A stretch of DNA of 59,579 bases, the filler included, from Sphacelaria rigidula (taxonomy: Eukaryota), in the NCBI GenBank assembly GCA_964200075.2. It is 5 parts of 5 records of this genome, joined end to end, with 100 filler letters (N's around TTAATTAATTAA, not from the genome) between each part and the next. Parts side by side here need not be neighbours in the genome. Positions count along the whole stretch, not along the records: positions 11,938 to 23,774 come from CAXNAA020004441.1; positions 23,875 to 35,710 come from CAXNAA020004442.1; 3 more parts are not named here. The stretch is one strand, 5' to 3'. Numbering within the stretch: the first letter of the stretch is position 1; the number at the start of each line of letters is the position of its first letter. Shown here in pieces: positions 12,164 to 25,090 of this stretch. The notes under the pieces were generated by a model. That model was not told the origin of the DNA. It searched no databases and was given only the letters and a program-made list of their open reading frames with translations. The position numbers and the translations under genes are program-made.

Positions 12164-13364
12164 ATCGTAGCATGGCTCCCAAGCTGAGAACCTCGTATCT
12201 AGTTGATCAACAGATACGACTCAAGATTTCGTATGTATCCAATCGTCATGCTTGGATGGGGGAATAAGAGGCTGCGTGTTTGTGCCTCAAGTATACGCTC
12301 CGACGAGCGTGGGGCACACCAAACGCCAATTGCGCCGCTATTTTATGTTTCCCCTATAAACCAAAGACATGACAAGCAGCCCAACTTCTTGACTTGTGGC
12401 GAACAACCCAACGTTGTTCTTGATATTCCAAAAATAATCCCTGAAAAGGTGCCGGGCGGGAAGAAACGTCCAAAGTTTTTTTTTCGGTGAAGGTGGTACC
12501 TCGGAGACCAATCACCACGTATGCTTCGAAAGCTTTTACGGAGGGGTGGGGAGGGTATTTTGTTTTCATCTGATCAACCCTTTCACCGCCAGAGTGGGTC
12601 ATCTGGGTCTTCACTCTTTTTCAAGTGGAGATGATTATGCATATTAAACGAATTACCCATTCTGGCGGTCCACGGGGCGAGGCACGGCTTCATGCGCCGC
12701 CATCTATGCACAGTTGGGATTTTAAGCCCTCCGAAGAGTGTCCGATTTGCCTGGAGAAAACTTGTCGCAAACCTCGATTTCTCGAGATTTTACGACCCGG
12801 GGTCGTCGCAAAAATTAGGCGATTTCGGGAGAGGTATCCCACACACTGCATTGCTGTCGCGAATCATGAATGAAAGTAGGCACGAATTAAAATTACACGA
12901 GGTGGCCGAGACCTGAGCGGTTCCACCTCGTCATCATGGATTGCATCGACGAAAATCTGTCTGCAGAAAGCTTCCAGCAGACCGGTACCAAACCGTGCTT
13001 TCCACACACGCCGTTGGTACACTGTACCTCAGCCGGGCAATCTTGCTCCTCCTTCAAAAGCACAAGTCAACAGCACAGCCATGACTTGAAAAGCTGAACC
13101 AATACTGATCACCGCGTCAGCCACCACTTCTCGACGGAATGCGCCGTGACAACGGGTCAACGTATCGAAGCCTGCACTGAACGACCCCAAGTCCCCTGTT
13201 TCTTTCCTCATGGATATATATATACCATATGTATATTCAAATAAATAAACTGCCGACACAGAATAAACACACAAGCAAGAGACCCGTGGGAAACGAGCGG
13301 AATCATGACCCGAAAAAAAAAAAAAAACAGCAACCACCAAACTCTAGGTGACTGGTGTCTGGGG

Positions 13365-16300
13365 CTACGCATCTCGTTTCGCATTTCGAGCCTCCAGCTC
13401 GCTTTCGAATTTTCGTACGTCGCATCGCTGCAGGAAGTCCTGCTTGTTGAGGAAACCCTTGCCGTCCTTGGTGGCTTGATCCATGTCTCCCTCGATGCCC
13501 TCGGCCGCCTTGTAAGTATCCCAGTCCATCGAAGACTTCGTAACCTGTCCGAAACCGCATGACGAGCGGTGCGGGCGAAACACACACCAGCGTCAACCGT
13601 GCGGGCGTGGCGTGAGGCTCGATGAGGGACGAGAAGAGGATAGAAAAATACGCGAATGTAACGTTTTGAAATAAAGGTGCTTGGGATGAGCTGGGGTCCA
13701 AACACCACAGGTAGTCTGTGGTTTCATTTCTTCCAAGAGTGCTCTGGTCATGCCACGTACTTTGAAGGAGTCGATACTCCAAGTACCGTGTAATACCCAG
13801 TGGTTGGGAGGAAACACTACTAAACAACAATTCCACTTCACGGTCGACGAGGGGAAAGGGGCCGCTGAACCCTCCTCGCGATAAAAAAAGCAAGGCAATC
13901 ACCGCAGCAGGAAGGCGGAGTGCTAAAAAAAAGGGAAAAACGTCCTGTGTTGGCCTCTCCTGTGTGACCCCGGCTAAGGCGCCCACATATACCCAACCGT
14001 GTACACTCGCGTCCCGAATAGATGGGATGACAACACGCTACTCCAGATTCACGGGAATACACGCTACAGTCGATGAGTCGACATTCCAGGTTCTGCGGAA
14101 AAGGCCACGATTTTCGGCTATGGAGCCTGCACGTGCCGTGGAACACGACGTTTTACGGCAGTCGATACTCCTGGTACTCCAGACTACTCAGTATTCTCCG
14201 CACTTCATTCTCCAGGTACTCAATTACTGAGCACTGGAGATACAATGAAAATTCAACTCCGGATTGCTGGGGTATCGTACTTTGTATTGCACCCCCATCG
14301 TGTTTATATTCAGGCCGTATCTGGACGGGACGAGAAATATGTATATATATATACTAGCAAAAAGCTTTTCGCGAAAAAATTTCTGCTCACATCAAGTGGT
14401 TTTCAGTCTCATCGAGAACACGTACATGCTCATTTTATTACCCCCGATCGCTGTTTCTTCACTTTGGACGCAGGCACGCCCAAGCAGGTCTGAACATCTC
14501 GACGGGTGCGAGAACAAGGACCGGGGCCGGCGACACATGAGCTTCACCACAGACCCCAAACAAGCACACAAGACACCCACACAGTATTTTTTCTCTTATT
14601 TCCAGGAGATTGCTGATTTCCCATCCCGTCAAGACACAGCCTCAGATCGGCCAGAACGACGATACTCCCCAGTAAGCTTGCGAGAGTGTACCGCCGTACT
14701 TAGGCGGTAACTTATTGAGACATATGTTCTTATGTGTGTTGCATCATGTCCACATGGCTAGCACTGCACATGTTTTTTAGACACGGCCATGGCCACCCCA
14801 GCTCTTCATTCGTTCTTGTCCTTTTATTACCAGCATATTCACATCTCAACAAGTCGAGGGTCGACCACTTCTGACCTTCAGCCAGCCGAACCGCTCATGT
14901 GAAAGCCCTTGCCAAGGCAAGAAACAGAGCAAGTAAGCGACAGCATGGGCAACACTGTTATCAGCAGAAGTCCCAGCTGATGCTGTAGACATGGGGGCAC
15001 TACTGAGCAAAAAGCCGGAGGCGGCGAGATATCTCGCTATGCATTCGATACAAGCTTCCTACGTACTCGTATCTGCGCTACCCAAATTTTTACAGCAGAG
15101 GTGGGAGCTTCTCGTTGGAGATTTTCCAGTCCTCACCCACTTCCGGGACACTCCCATGGACAACAAGACCAGCCCTGCTCACTGGTACGGAGAAAAACAC
15201 CCCCAGAAAAACAAGCCTGGTTCGGCAAAAACCCGGCCTGCTCCGTCCCGGCTCTGTAGGGATGCAAGTTCAATGGTCGTATGACTGCGACATATGAGAT
15301 CATGAGTACACCCCCCCCCCCCCAATCGATACAGGAGGATCGACACAAGGCATGCACACGCACACAGCAAAATCGCATCTACTACGGGGCCTTGCGTGAT
15401 ACCGCGTCCACTCCTTGAACGCGCATGGAACTGTATTGTTATTGGCGTGCACCTACCGTCGATATGGATTTGGGGCCGTCTAATGCAGCTAGCACGCTGT
15501 CGATACCCCGCTTCTTCTGAACAGCCGCCACCGCGCTGTGCTCGGCGGAGCCTGCCGTTACTTTTCGCTTTACTCTGTGATTGGGATCGATATCAAAGGT
15601 TCACAATCGGCCGATGGACCATCGAGAAGTCAGGCATTTTCTTTCTTTTCAAGGAGATCTCGTTCGATGAATATTCGAAGGTCATGCTTTGTCAAGAGCA
15701 TGATCAGATGTGGATGATCGACTCGAGTAAGTAAACGTACGGACTTTACCCATTCATCTCAGAAGGTGAATCGGAGATGCAGTGTCACCGGGAAAAGTGA
15801 AAAATGCTTACGGTGTAAAGTGGATTTCTCCAAGTTCGGCCAAAATTTACTCATGGTTGACTAAATCTATAAATAACGCTAACCTTCACTGCAACCCCAA
15901 CCCAAGGCATACAGGAAGCACTCGGGCAAACAGGGTGCACACGGTTCCCGAGGTGAAGTGCTCGCTGGCAGACTTCAAATCTGCGCCTGCGGTACCGATT
16001 TGGATAACAAACGCGTTCTGCACACGCTGGGAGCACTCGCGACTGTCAGCCACAAACTTGATTGAAACGTGCAGACGGCATCTGGAAGTATTTGTCCGAC
16101 ATATAACCATGCGGGAACACGCATCGGCAGGGTCGGCTGTGGTGGCGAAACCGGGTTGGAGGCGACGGATCCGGTCGTCAGCTCAGACGGCACCACCAAT
16201 TGCACCCACCCTCTCAGCACAAAACATACAAAGTGAGGCTAGTACGGTAGCGGCGACGAGGAGACCAAACGCGATCGGCGTCAGCGACGCACACATGCGC

Positions 16301-19300
16301 CATGGCACGATAGACTTTCGACCAACGGACTGGTGCCACAACTCCCCACGAAAAAAAGTACGTTACCACGTAAACAAACGCAGTTCGATGGCAGGCCACT
16401 ACTATATCCTTTCTCATTCACCGGTGCAAAAGTCAACAACACTCACTCGTTGCAACAACGTCCCGCTTTCCGGACCGTGGGTTCCCTCTCACTTTCACTG
16501 AGAAGGAATCGTCACCAGAAGATATCGTTTCGATGGAAGGATTCGGTGCGCTCATGGAACGACAACAAAGCGAATATACACACAGATATATATATAACCC
16601 CGTCGACAGTTTCATGATTGAAAATACAAACAGACAAGGCTCACAAGATTTCTTTCCCGGCATACTTCTTGACCTCCGACACCTCCACGGTGCGGCTGGC
16701 AGCCAAAGCCTGCGCTCTGGTAACTTCCTCGCTCTTTCCTGCCCCTCCTGACGATTTTCGCTTCTTCACGTCTTTCTTCATACTGGCCCCGGACACAATG
16801 CTGGACGCAGCCTTCTTACCAAAAATGCCGGCAAGGACCTGCGCAGAGAGGAGAACGCGAGGTTGTACACCTATGCTCACGTCAACATTGGCTAATGTTG
16901 GTGTAAGTTCAAGGGTGATAACTGCGACGCTCCCGCGAGCGAGGTTGAACACACGTGCGCACGACGGGATCGAGCAAAACGTGCCCCCCGGTGATGCGTA
17001 CCTCGCCAACGGTGAACGAGGGATCGTGCATAAACATCCATGGAGAACGGCACGAGCAGTGTAAATGCCTCAGGTAGACTGTTGCTCGGAATGGGATCCC
17101 CAAGCGCAAGTTGCATACATAATCTCCGATGGTACACATGAACGTCCGTGAGCGATGAATGCAACTATCGTGAACTCGGTCCCTCAAACGCTCTTCGACT
17201 GAAACAAGAGTTTTGTACGCCAATACTGCTTGCAAGAATCTACCAAGAGTGGAGCCGCCACACAGGTTTGATCGACAGCAGGTGGCCCCTCGAAAACGCA
17301 CAGGACATGATCGCTCCCCCTCTACACACATTTTATGTATACATTCATGTATGATCTGCAGATCACATTGTGATTCACATCATCCACAAGAACGAGAGCG
17401 AGAGAGAGAGAGAGAGAGAGAGAGAGCTGGTGATCAACAAGCAACCAGGAATCTGCGCTCTTGAGTTAGGTCACCTTGTTCGCCTTTTTTTCGGCCTTTC
17501 TTTTTTTGCTCTTCTTCCCTTTTGCCTTGCTCGTCGACGCCGCTCCGGCTGCGACGGCCGTTGCATCTTCCGCGTTCATTTCTGCCCATAGGGCATCGAC
17601 TGCAGAACGCTTATGCGCCCGTATTCCTGTGCCGATACGCTCTTGAGGCTGGGAGAATCAGACGTGCGTGAGGTACAACGCGATGGGGAACGTGGGACTC
17701 AGATTTCGATTACCTCTCTGAGAGCGTACGTAACCTTCACATAGCCCTCTGCTACCATACTAGCCCGATAGCACGTTGCCTGAAATACATGGGATATGAT
17801 ATCTGAAAAGTCCCGCTCCAAGATAAGTGTATAGCGCTTGCCAACCAAGTGGTGTATCGAAAACAGTCTCGGGGCTAAAAAAAGGACCAATGCGGCCTTG
17901 AAGAGTGGACGAGCGTAGCCGTAAAACCTCTCCGACGCATGGGATACCGACGGCAGTTTCTGAATCGTGCACCTCTACGGCTGCGCTGTGTTGTGCATTC
18001 GGGGGGGAAATGTACGGTATCATTTTCCGTTGCTGTCGCTGACGGCACCTGACGGCAGTTACGATTCTCATTTTTTTACCGACAGCAACACGTTTCGCAA
18101 GACTTCTCGGCTGCTTCTTTCACATCACACCCAGATGGCGACACATGCACATCGCCCCCGCCCGCCCTCCGACTGTATTTTGATACAGTGGGTAGTTGGG
18201 TATAAACCATGTGAAGTAGTACCAAGACGTACAATGCATCAAACCTAACAAAATGCCCTGTACCCCCTCCTGAACACTCCGCATGTACGATAGCTTGAGG
18301 TTATATATCGATGCACGCACAAAAATCATACTTGGTGTAGAACCACCCACTGTACCTTTGATTGATCTTCGTCTTCCTCCTCTTCATCCTCTGCCCCCTC
18401 TGGGATGCCCAAACAATCAGATGGGGAATGCGAGACACGCATCCGCAGCCCACATAATCGTTACACAAGAAGCACATCCATTCCAGCGTCGTGAGCAAGA
18501 CAAGACAGTTGCACATCCAACGCCTCGGCAAATAGTGTCGAAAAGGTGAAGATTACGGAAATACGATAACCGAAGGAGAGGCAAGGCTGCTGCAAAACGG
18601 TCGTAGGGCGACTGTACTATAAATAATAAATCAATGGCGGTGCCGTGTCATGTCCCCCTGGCAGCAATCATCTCTTGGGGCAAGCCGTTACATGTCGCAA
18701 CGTTTCAGGGACTCACGTCGTTGAACAGACGACCAACTCACAACAGACGGACCTGAGGCACGCACAAAACAAAGCGTGGCCACACCCAAGAAAGGTGACT
18801 TGATTGCGCGTGCGGGGTGGGGTGAATGTCAATATCCTATGCGCTGCTATTTAGACAGCAAGGAAAGTACAGCAACAGCAGGGACAGGCAGGCGAGGATA
18901 AAATGCCACACATCAGCGCTGAAGATGCGGTGCAACTACTACCGTTTTGAATACGACACACCACCAAAAAGGCCCTTCCACCTGCCAAGCACCGCCGTAT
19001 AGAACAGCCCTCGCGGAAACTGAAACAAAACGTACGCTCCTCGAAGATAAGGTAGGCACAGGCACCATACCAACATCTCCGCGAAGAGTGAGAGATGAAA
19101 AATATGGATTGTGTTGTCACGCTGCCTTCGTGTTCATTTACTGCCAACCTCCCCCCCCCCTCCGATAACCCCCTGTACGAGTGCGGCCTGAACCCTACCC
19201 CATATATTGTACGATACTGTCTGTTGTAGAGTGAAATATCACGATACGATACGGTACAGTACAGTACAGTACAGTACCTTCGTTCAGCAGCGTGCAATGA

Positions 19301-19383
19301 CATAGAGTGCATGAAATCTTATGGTTACCTGGTGTATAGTCAGAATCATCCTCCTCAGAGTCGCGAGCGCCATCCTTGTTCAT
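13365..19383 (-). CDS. CFDP1: CFDP1/BCNT (Swc5, SWR1 complex subunit) homolog
   Basis: Exons: 19383-19329 (MNKDGARDSEEDDSDYTP), 18399-18356 (EGAEDEEEEDEDQSK), 17648-17475 (..KRSAVDALWAEMN..KKANK), 16838-16645 (VLAGIFG..TVEVSEVKKYAGKEI), 13544-13365 (VTKSSMDWDTYKAAEGIEGDMDQATKDGKGFLNKQDFLQRCDVRKFESE, the BCNT-C domain). The first four join in phase. A linking exon before the last exon was not found. Confidence 0.85.
13843..14037. repeat. Repeat family C copy
   Basis: CCTGTGTTGGCCT..CCTGTGTGACCC.GGCT..GCGCCCACATATACC..AATAGATGGGATGACAACAC is shared with 20526-20720. Confidence 0.88.
15213..15322 (+). repeat. Repeat family A, 5'-truncated copy
   Basis: AGCCTGGTTCGGCAAAAACCCGG..CATGAGTACA(C)n. 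Confidence 0.85.
17398..17426. repeat. (AG)n microsatellite
   Basis: Directly visible. Confidence 0.95.
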
Positions 19384-20381
19384 AATTCACGACAGGAGTA
19401 GTCCCAGACAGCTGTCGTGCGGTGGTCGTGTTGGTTGATGACGACTCAGCACCTCTTTTTTCGTCATGTTCCATTTCCACTGAGCAGCGGTATCTCACAG
19501 CTCGTGCGTGTTCCTGACAGAACAACGCTGGCAATGTCTCGCCGTGGGAGTCCTTCGATGCCTTCTTTGGCGCCGGAGCTGGTATGTAGCCGATGTTACA
19601 AGCGAGAGTCGTGTGTGCAGTGCTGTGGCATCCGCTTCTGTTTGAGGGTGAGGGCCTGCTGTCGGTGTTCTGACCACTTGTCGTTCCGTGGTGAACGAGA
19701 GGATATCAACAAGTGTGTATACGAGTACATACTGTACCATGTTGTTGCTTCCCCTTTCCACGCCGTCACTGTCTATTCCTTCTGTTGGCATTGGTGTTGG
19801 TGTAGCTGTAGTGCCGTGAAAGGTTTCTTCGCCCAGCACATGTTCTATCAAAGTCGCCAAAGCGATCAATTTCCGGCCTCCTCACCCGCCTTGTGTTAAA
19901 CTCGAGCTTTCACTGATTCCCGATTGCACCCAACACAGCAACAGCTGTTCATGGGACCCGCTACCGCTTCCACCCCCCTGTTTTCCCAGCATGGCTAAGC
20001 ACGCGGTCTACCAGCGCGTAAGCCTAAGGTGACCACATGCTGACTTTGTTGTAAGACAGTAGCTGTCTGGTAGGTTCTGCCACGGTATACAGCGAGCATT
20101 CTTGGTAGTCGCGAAAAACTGTTGCAGCTGCTTGGAAAACGTAACGCGGGAAAATTGCGGAGGATTTGCCAAATTGACGTGGCATGAGTCACAAGTCATG
20201 GGTCGGAATCGGGGCTGATTTGGGGTACTATATTTCGGGAAAGTGCGCACCGACCACGGTCTGCACGAGTATGCGGAAAAAATGAAGCCTACATGAACTA
20301 GTCAGTATCAATCACAGTTACATACACGTCACCTCGCATTAACGACTGCGCTGATACAAAATGTACTACCGTATTAGCATT

Positions 20382-20452
20382 ACCACGGTGGTTCAGTTGG
20401 AAAGCTCGAAACCTTGAGACGGTTGGGTTGTGCGTTCGAATCTGGGAGCGAT
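20382..20452 (+). repeat. tRNA-derived SINE-like head (A and B boxes)
   Basis: A-box GTGGTTCAGTTGG (20388-20400) and B-box GTTCGAATC (20434-20442) at tRNA-like spacing. No intact cloverleaf. Confidence 0.5.
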
Positions 20453-20525
20453 CTGGGATTTTCTCTCACACAACGCTCAACAGTGGGGAGCGACTATGGC
20501 GTGGGTACACAAATTCGACTTAATA

Positions 20526-20720
20526 GTCGACGAAGGAAAGGGACTGCTGGGCCCCTCTCGCGATAAATATAGAGGCAAGCACCGCAGAAGGAAGGCGGAG
20601 TACTAAAACAAAACAAAAAAATCCTGTGTTGGCCTATCCTCCTGTGTGACCCTGGCTGGTGCGCCCACATATACCGAAAAAGTGTAACCCGGCGTCCAGA
20701 ATAGATGGGATGACAACACA
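20526..20720. repeat. Repeat family C copy
   Basis: Aligns with 13843-14037. Confidence 0.88.
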
Positions 20721-23700
20721 CATTACCGTGGTACATTCTACAAGAAGCCTGTGACTACGTTGCTGTACAGTGTTGCGCCGATAGAAGAAATATATAAAAA
20801 ATCTCGAAACAGAATCCGACCTTTCGTCTCGTTGGCACAGGCCACTGCGTGGCCCCACGACAGGTTCAGCGACATGAGGTAGTTTGCTGTGCTTATGATG
20901 ACATGTGGGTGAAGTTTCAGCGACTCGCGGCACCCACAGCACGCGTGCTGCCGTGTTTCCCGAATTGAGCACCTGTACAGGCAATACGCACCGGCTTTTC
21001 GCATAGAGTGTCATTGTCCAGCGGGTGTTCCAGTTCAGATCAACATTCGGTTCTCAGCGCAGCCGCGCCCCACGTGCTTATGACGTCAAATGAAATGGAT
21101 GAGTAACGTCACATACGTGTTTGCTGACTGTTCACGCAATTTCGGGCAGCGGGTGGTCGACGAGAGTGCGTTTTACCGGATTTGCCGAATTTTGGAATTA
21201 GGGTCCTTGATGCCTCCCCCATTGCGAGCGTCGGTGGCCGGGGAACATGCTGCTTGTGATGTGCCCGACTGGTGCTCCAAGTTTCACTTACTCACACGCG
21301 GTTAATGTCAAGAAATTCACTTTCAAATATGCGGACAAAATGCGGGAAAAGACACTGGTCAATCGTTGCACGATACTTGAGGTGGGGTTGCGCCGCATAT
21401 CGCACGTACAGGAACGTCCTTGCGGCATAAGTACTTCCCTGGGCAACACGGCACAGCTCAAGAGATTTGCGCAAGAGAACATGACAGCGTGACTGTAAAG
21501 GTTCTGCACCTCGCCCCCTGACGCGGTACGGTTGTAGTGGTATCCGCAGAATCGTTTGGTGCAAAACGAGGTATCGTGCAGGTGAAAGTCTGGAGCAACA
21601 TTGAGCGTGGGTGCGTCGCGGGACATTTTGTCGACCGACACGAGGTCCACGACTGCACGTCTTTGTTTCACGAGCTGGGCCAGCAGTGAATCCCGCATTT
21701 TCGTGCCACACCCACACAACACAGTTATCAAATCTACCAAATCACCCATATTTGAGTACATCAGTGTGACCTGAGGACCAACGTGGTGACGCACGGGACC
21801 GCCGCTGAATGAAAAAAAATCGAAAAAAAAAACTGCATAATGTAAATGTATTACCTGGCCGGCGGAACAACTAAAAAATTAATCTGTCGGGATTCGAACT
21901 CGTGACCTCCATAACTGGAGTCAACTGCATTCCTTGGGTTGAAGAAGCGCAGCCGTGGCACACGAAAAGTTGGATACTGCGCCAAATTTCTGGAGTTTGT
22001 GGCCAAAATTGAACCAGGATATCTTCGCACAAGGACGCACGAGTACACCAGGGATTATTACCCCGTATTTCTTTATCTTCACTGAGTGATGGCTTTCTTC
22101 CAGTCTTTGCAGAAACTTTGAATCGATCTCCCGCTTACTCCCTGTTATTTTTTTTCCTTGGCATCCCCGGGGAGGTTGTGCGTAGTGATGACAAGATGGT
22201 GTGTCGAAATTTCAGCTCCCCACGCTTCGGATTATCCACCGCCCGGCCCGGATACAGTCGCAAATAACTGTCAGCTGGCTCAGCTCGTACATGTTTTGCG
22301 AGATCGCCGGTGCCTACGGCTTCCCCATTTGATCCGGGCCTTCGATTGTAATATGAAAGCGCCTCGAAGGATCAGAGAAGAAAATTGTACGTCAGGATAT
22401 GTTACAAGACATGATTGCTGGCCCCGGTGTAGCCAACGTGCGCCGCCAGGTGCTGCGGTCTCCCAAATAATACAACTTATCTCCGAAGAAGACTTACACG
22501 AATGCTGCAACTCATGTGTGGGAGACGGATGTGAGCAGGAGCATCGACCCCCCTGCAATAGTAAGGCGCACAGATATTTGCGACCATATTCTTCACTGGC
22601 ATATACGCCGAGAGGGGGGAATTATGTTGGCATGCTACGCCGCACACCCTCATGTGTGGCGAACATTCCAGTCCGGTCCTCTGCCGGAGCATGTAGGCGC
22701 GCTCCGATCACGCCGTGAAGACGATATACGCTACAGGGTACTTCCGGAAGAAGTCTATCCTATGTGCTGCCTTCACCGTCGCCAGTCAGGACCTGAATCT
22801 CAAACATATCTTCACATAGCCCTCGAACCGTAGCCATGACAAAAACAAATGCGAGGTGCACTCTAGGAGGCTGCGGCAGAACGGTTTCCGCTCGGGCGTC
22901 GATCGATAGCTTGCGATGACGTGCGCCTGCACCCGCATAATCGCACGGCAAAGGACGCCCAGTAGACCCTTTGTCACCGACTCCGCCATAATAGCCGCAG
23001 AAACCTACAACCAGTACCTTCACCATCGCTTCAAAAACGGGTGACCAGTTCGCTCAGCATAGTTAGGAACGAACACCGTACCCAGCCTGGCGCCATTCCG
23101 AGCTTATCTAGGTCATCCGCGACACCCCTCGGCGCCCATCCCCGCGATCACATGACGGGAAAGGCACCACTGACGGCAAGCACGGGACAGTGCAGTCGAA
23201 GGATGGAACGAGTGTCGTCTCGTGTTTGAATTCTACATTATGGGTGTTGGACAAGAGGAGGGTACGGAGATGGTCGGTGTCTCCATCGATGCAATGACGA
23301 TTCGACGCTGGAGTTTCCCCGCAACGACTCCTTGAAACGACGCAACTCATTATGTTCTCTTCCCCTCGGCGCGATCCGGCCTTCCCTCGCACCACGTGTG
23401 AAGTGCGTTACGTGTAGTCTCCGTTGCGATATGGCGCAAGTATCCTGCTGCAGTTTTTTCCCGAACAGCTGTGGTGGCCGTGCATGAGGGTGCCTGGAGT
23501 TGTTTTGTTTTTGAGTCGAACCCTAACGTGGTGGCCATACTATTCTCCTTGTGTCACGTGTCTTTTCCTGTTTTGTCCTTTATTGTCTTCTCTCTTCCCT
23601 TCTTTCGGTGTACACTTTTGACTGATCTGGCGTTTGTTGTTTGTTTGTTTGTTTGTTTGGATTTCTTTCTTTCTTTTCTCTCCCCGTTGAACTCGGGGGA

Positions 23701-23774
23701 GCTACTTCTCACCGGTTTTCGTGGCGTCTCTCTTCTTATTTTTTTTTCTTTATTTTGGTAATGTGTCTGGTAAG

Positions 23775-23874
23775 NNNNNNNNNNNNNNNNNNNNNNNNNN
23801 NNNNNNNNNNNNNNNNNNTTAATTAATTAANNNNNNNNNNNNNNNNNNNNNNNNNNNNNNNNNNNNNNNNNNNN
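23775..23874. other. Scaffold gap
   Basis: Same linker. Confidence 0.99.
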
Positions 23875-24315
23875 AGCCTGGTCCGGCGAAAACCCGGCGT
23901 GCTACGTCCCGGCATTGTAGGGATGCGAGGTCAATGGTTTGATGACTATGGCATGCAAGATCATGAGTACACCCCCCGCGCGCGCGCGCCCCTACTGGTG
24001 AGACACCCATGAGGCAGTGCATGAGCCTCGGCTGTTTCTGAAAGTTGCGATATCAGAAAATGAAACAACCCATTGGAGGTTGTCATCCAAATGCAAGATA
24101 ATCAGTAACCTTTAAGCCAAACAATCTTAACAGGATGCAGTTCACCCTTCATGCGACTCGCCGAACACATCACGGCGCTTCACGCTTGATGATTGATTGC
24201 GAGCCTGGTTCGGTAAAAACCTGGCGTGCTCCGTCCCGGCTTTGTAGGGATGCGAGGTCAATGGTCATATGACTGTGGCATGCAAGATCATGCGTATCCC
24301 CCCCCCCTCCCCCTC
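23875..24315 (+). repeat. Repeat family A, two tandem copies (23875-23976 and ~24003-24315)
   Basis: The same ~100-nt 3' segment occurs twice, each followed by a C-run. Confidence 0.88.
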
Positions 24316-25090
24316 CAAAGGTTGTCCGTTTACCGTTCAACGAGAGGTCCGGGCATTCAAGGGATCAAGCAGTAGCGTCGACGTCACGTTCACTTACTGG
24401 GTGCCAGTCCGCTCACTCAAGTGCCCGTGCTCTCCTGGGATGTAGTGTCTGTTCGGTTTTCGTTCTATAATAGCCGGTGTATCCATCTCCACAGGCTTCT
24501 AGGAGGTGGAACAGGAGGGGTCCCTTCCACTGGATGATGTGCTATGAGGTTCTTGAAATTAACAGTATTCTTTTCACCTCCCCCCCCCAAACAAAATCAA
24601 CGAGAGCTAACTTTCAACTTTGGGAGCCTTTGTGCTTTTCTTCGATTCCACGAAATCGCTTGGTTTGTGTCATTTTCACTGCATCCGGTTCAAAGCTAAA
24701 CAACGTGCACCAAGGACCACTCGAGTGCACTCTAAGGCTCCTCAACGAGAGCAAGCTATTCTGAGGTGGCTTGGTCCGCTTGGCCATAAGTTTTAGTGAT
24801 GAAACGTTACCGAAGGATCCAAGGAGGCGGTTCGAGACAAAAAATATATATTTGTGCCACTAAAGAGCGCTCTGCATTCACTATTCTCTGTAGCCGATCA
24901 CTCTTTGCTATTTTTGACGAGTGATCACCATGAATTTTCGCCCGAAAGGCAGACTGCGGACACCAAAAGTGATTTGAGTGTGCTAAAGGCCTCTTACACA
25001 ATAAATCGGTGATTCCGAGGTAACCTGGTCCGCCTGATCGTCTTCTCGAGCGATGAACGTCGCCCAGGGGTCAAAATAGGCACTTTTGAG

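Noticed and set aside
12625..12873. ORF containing ECPICLE (RING-like start)
   Set aside because: Remaining RING Cys/His ligands are absent; probably chance.
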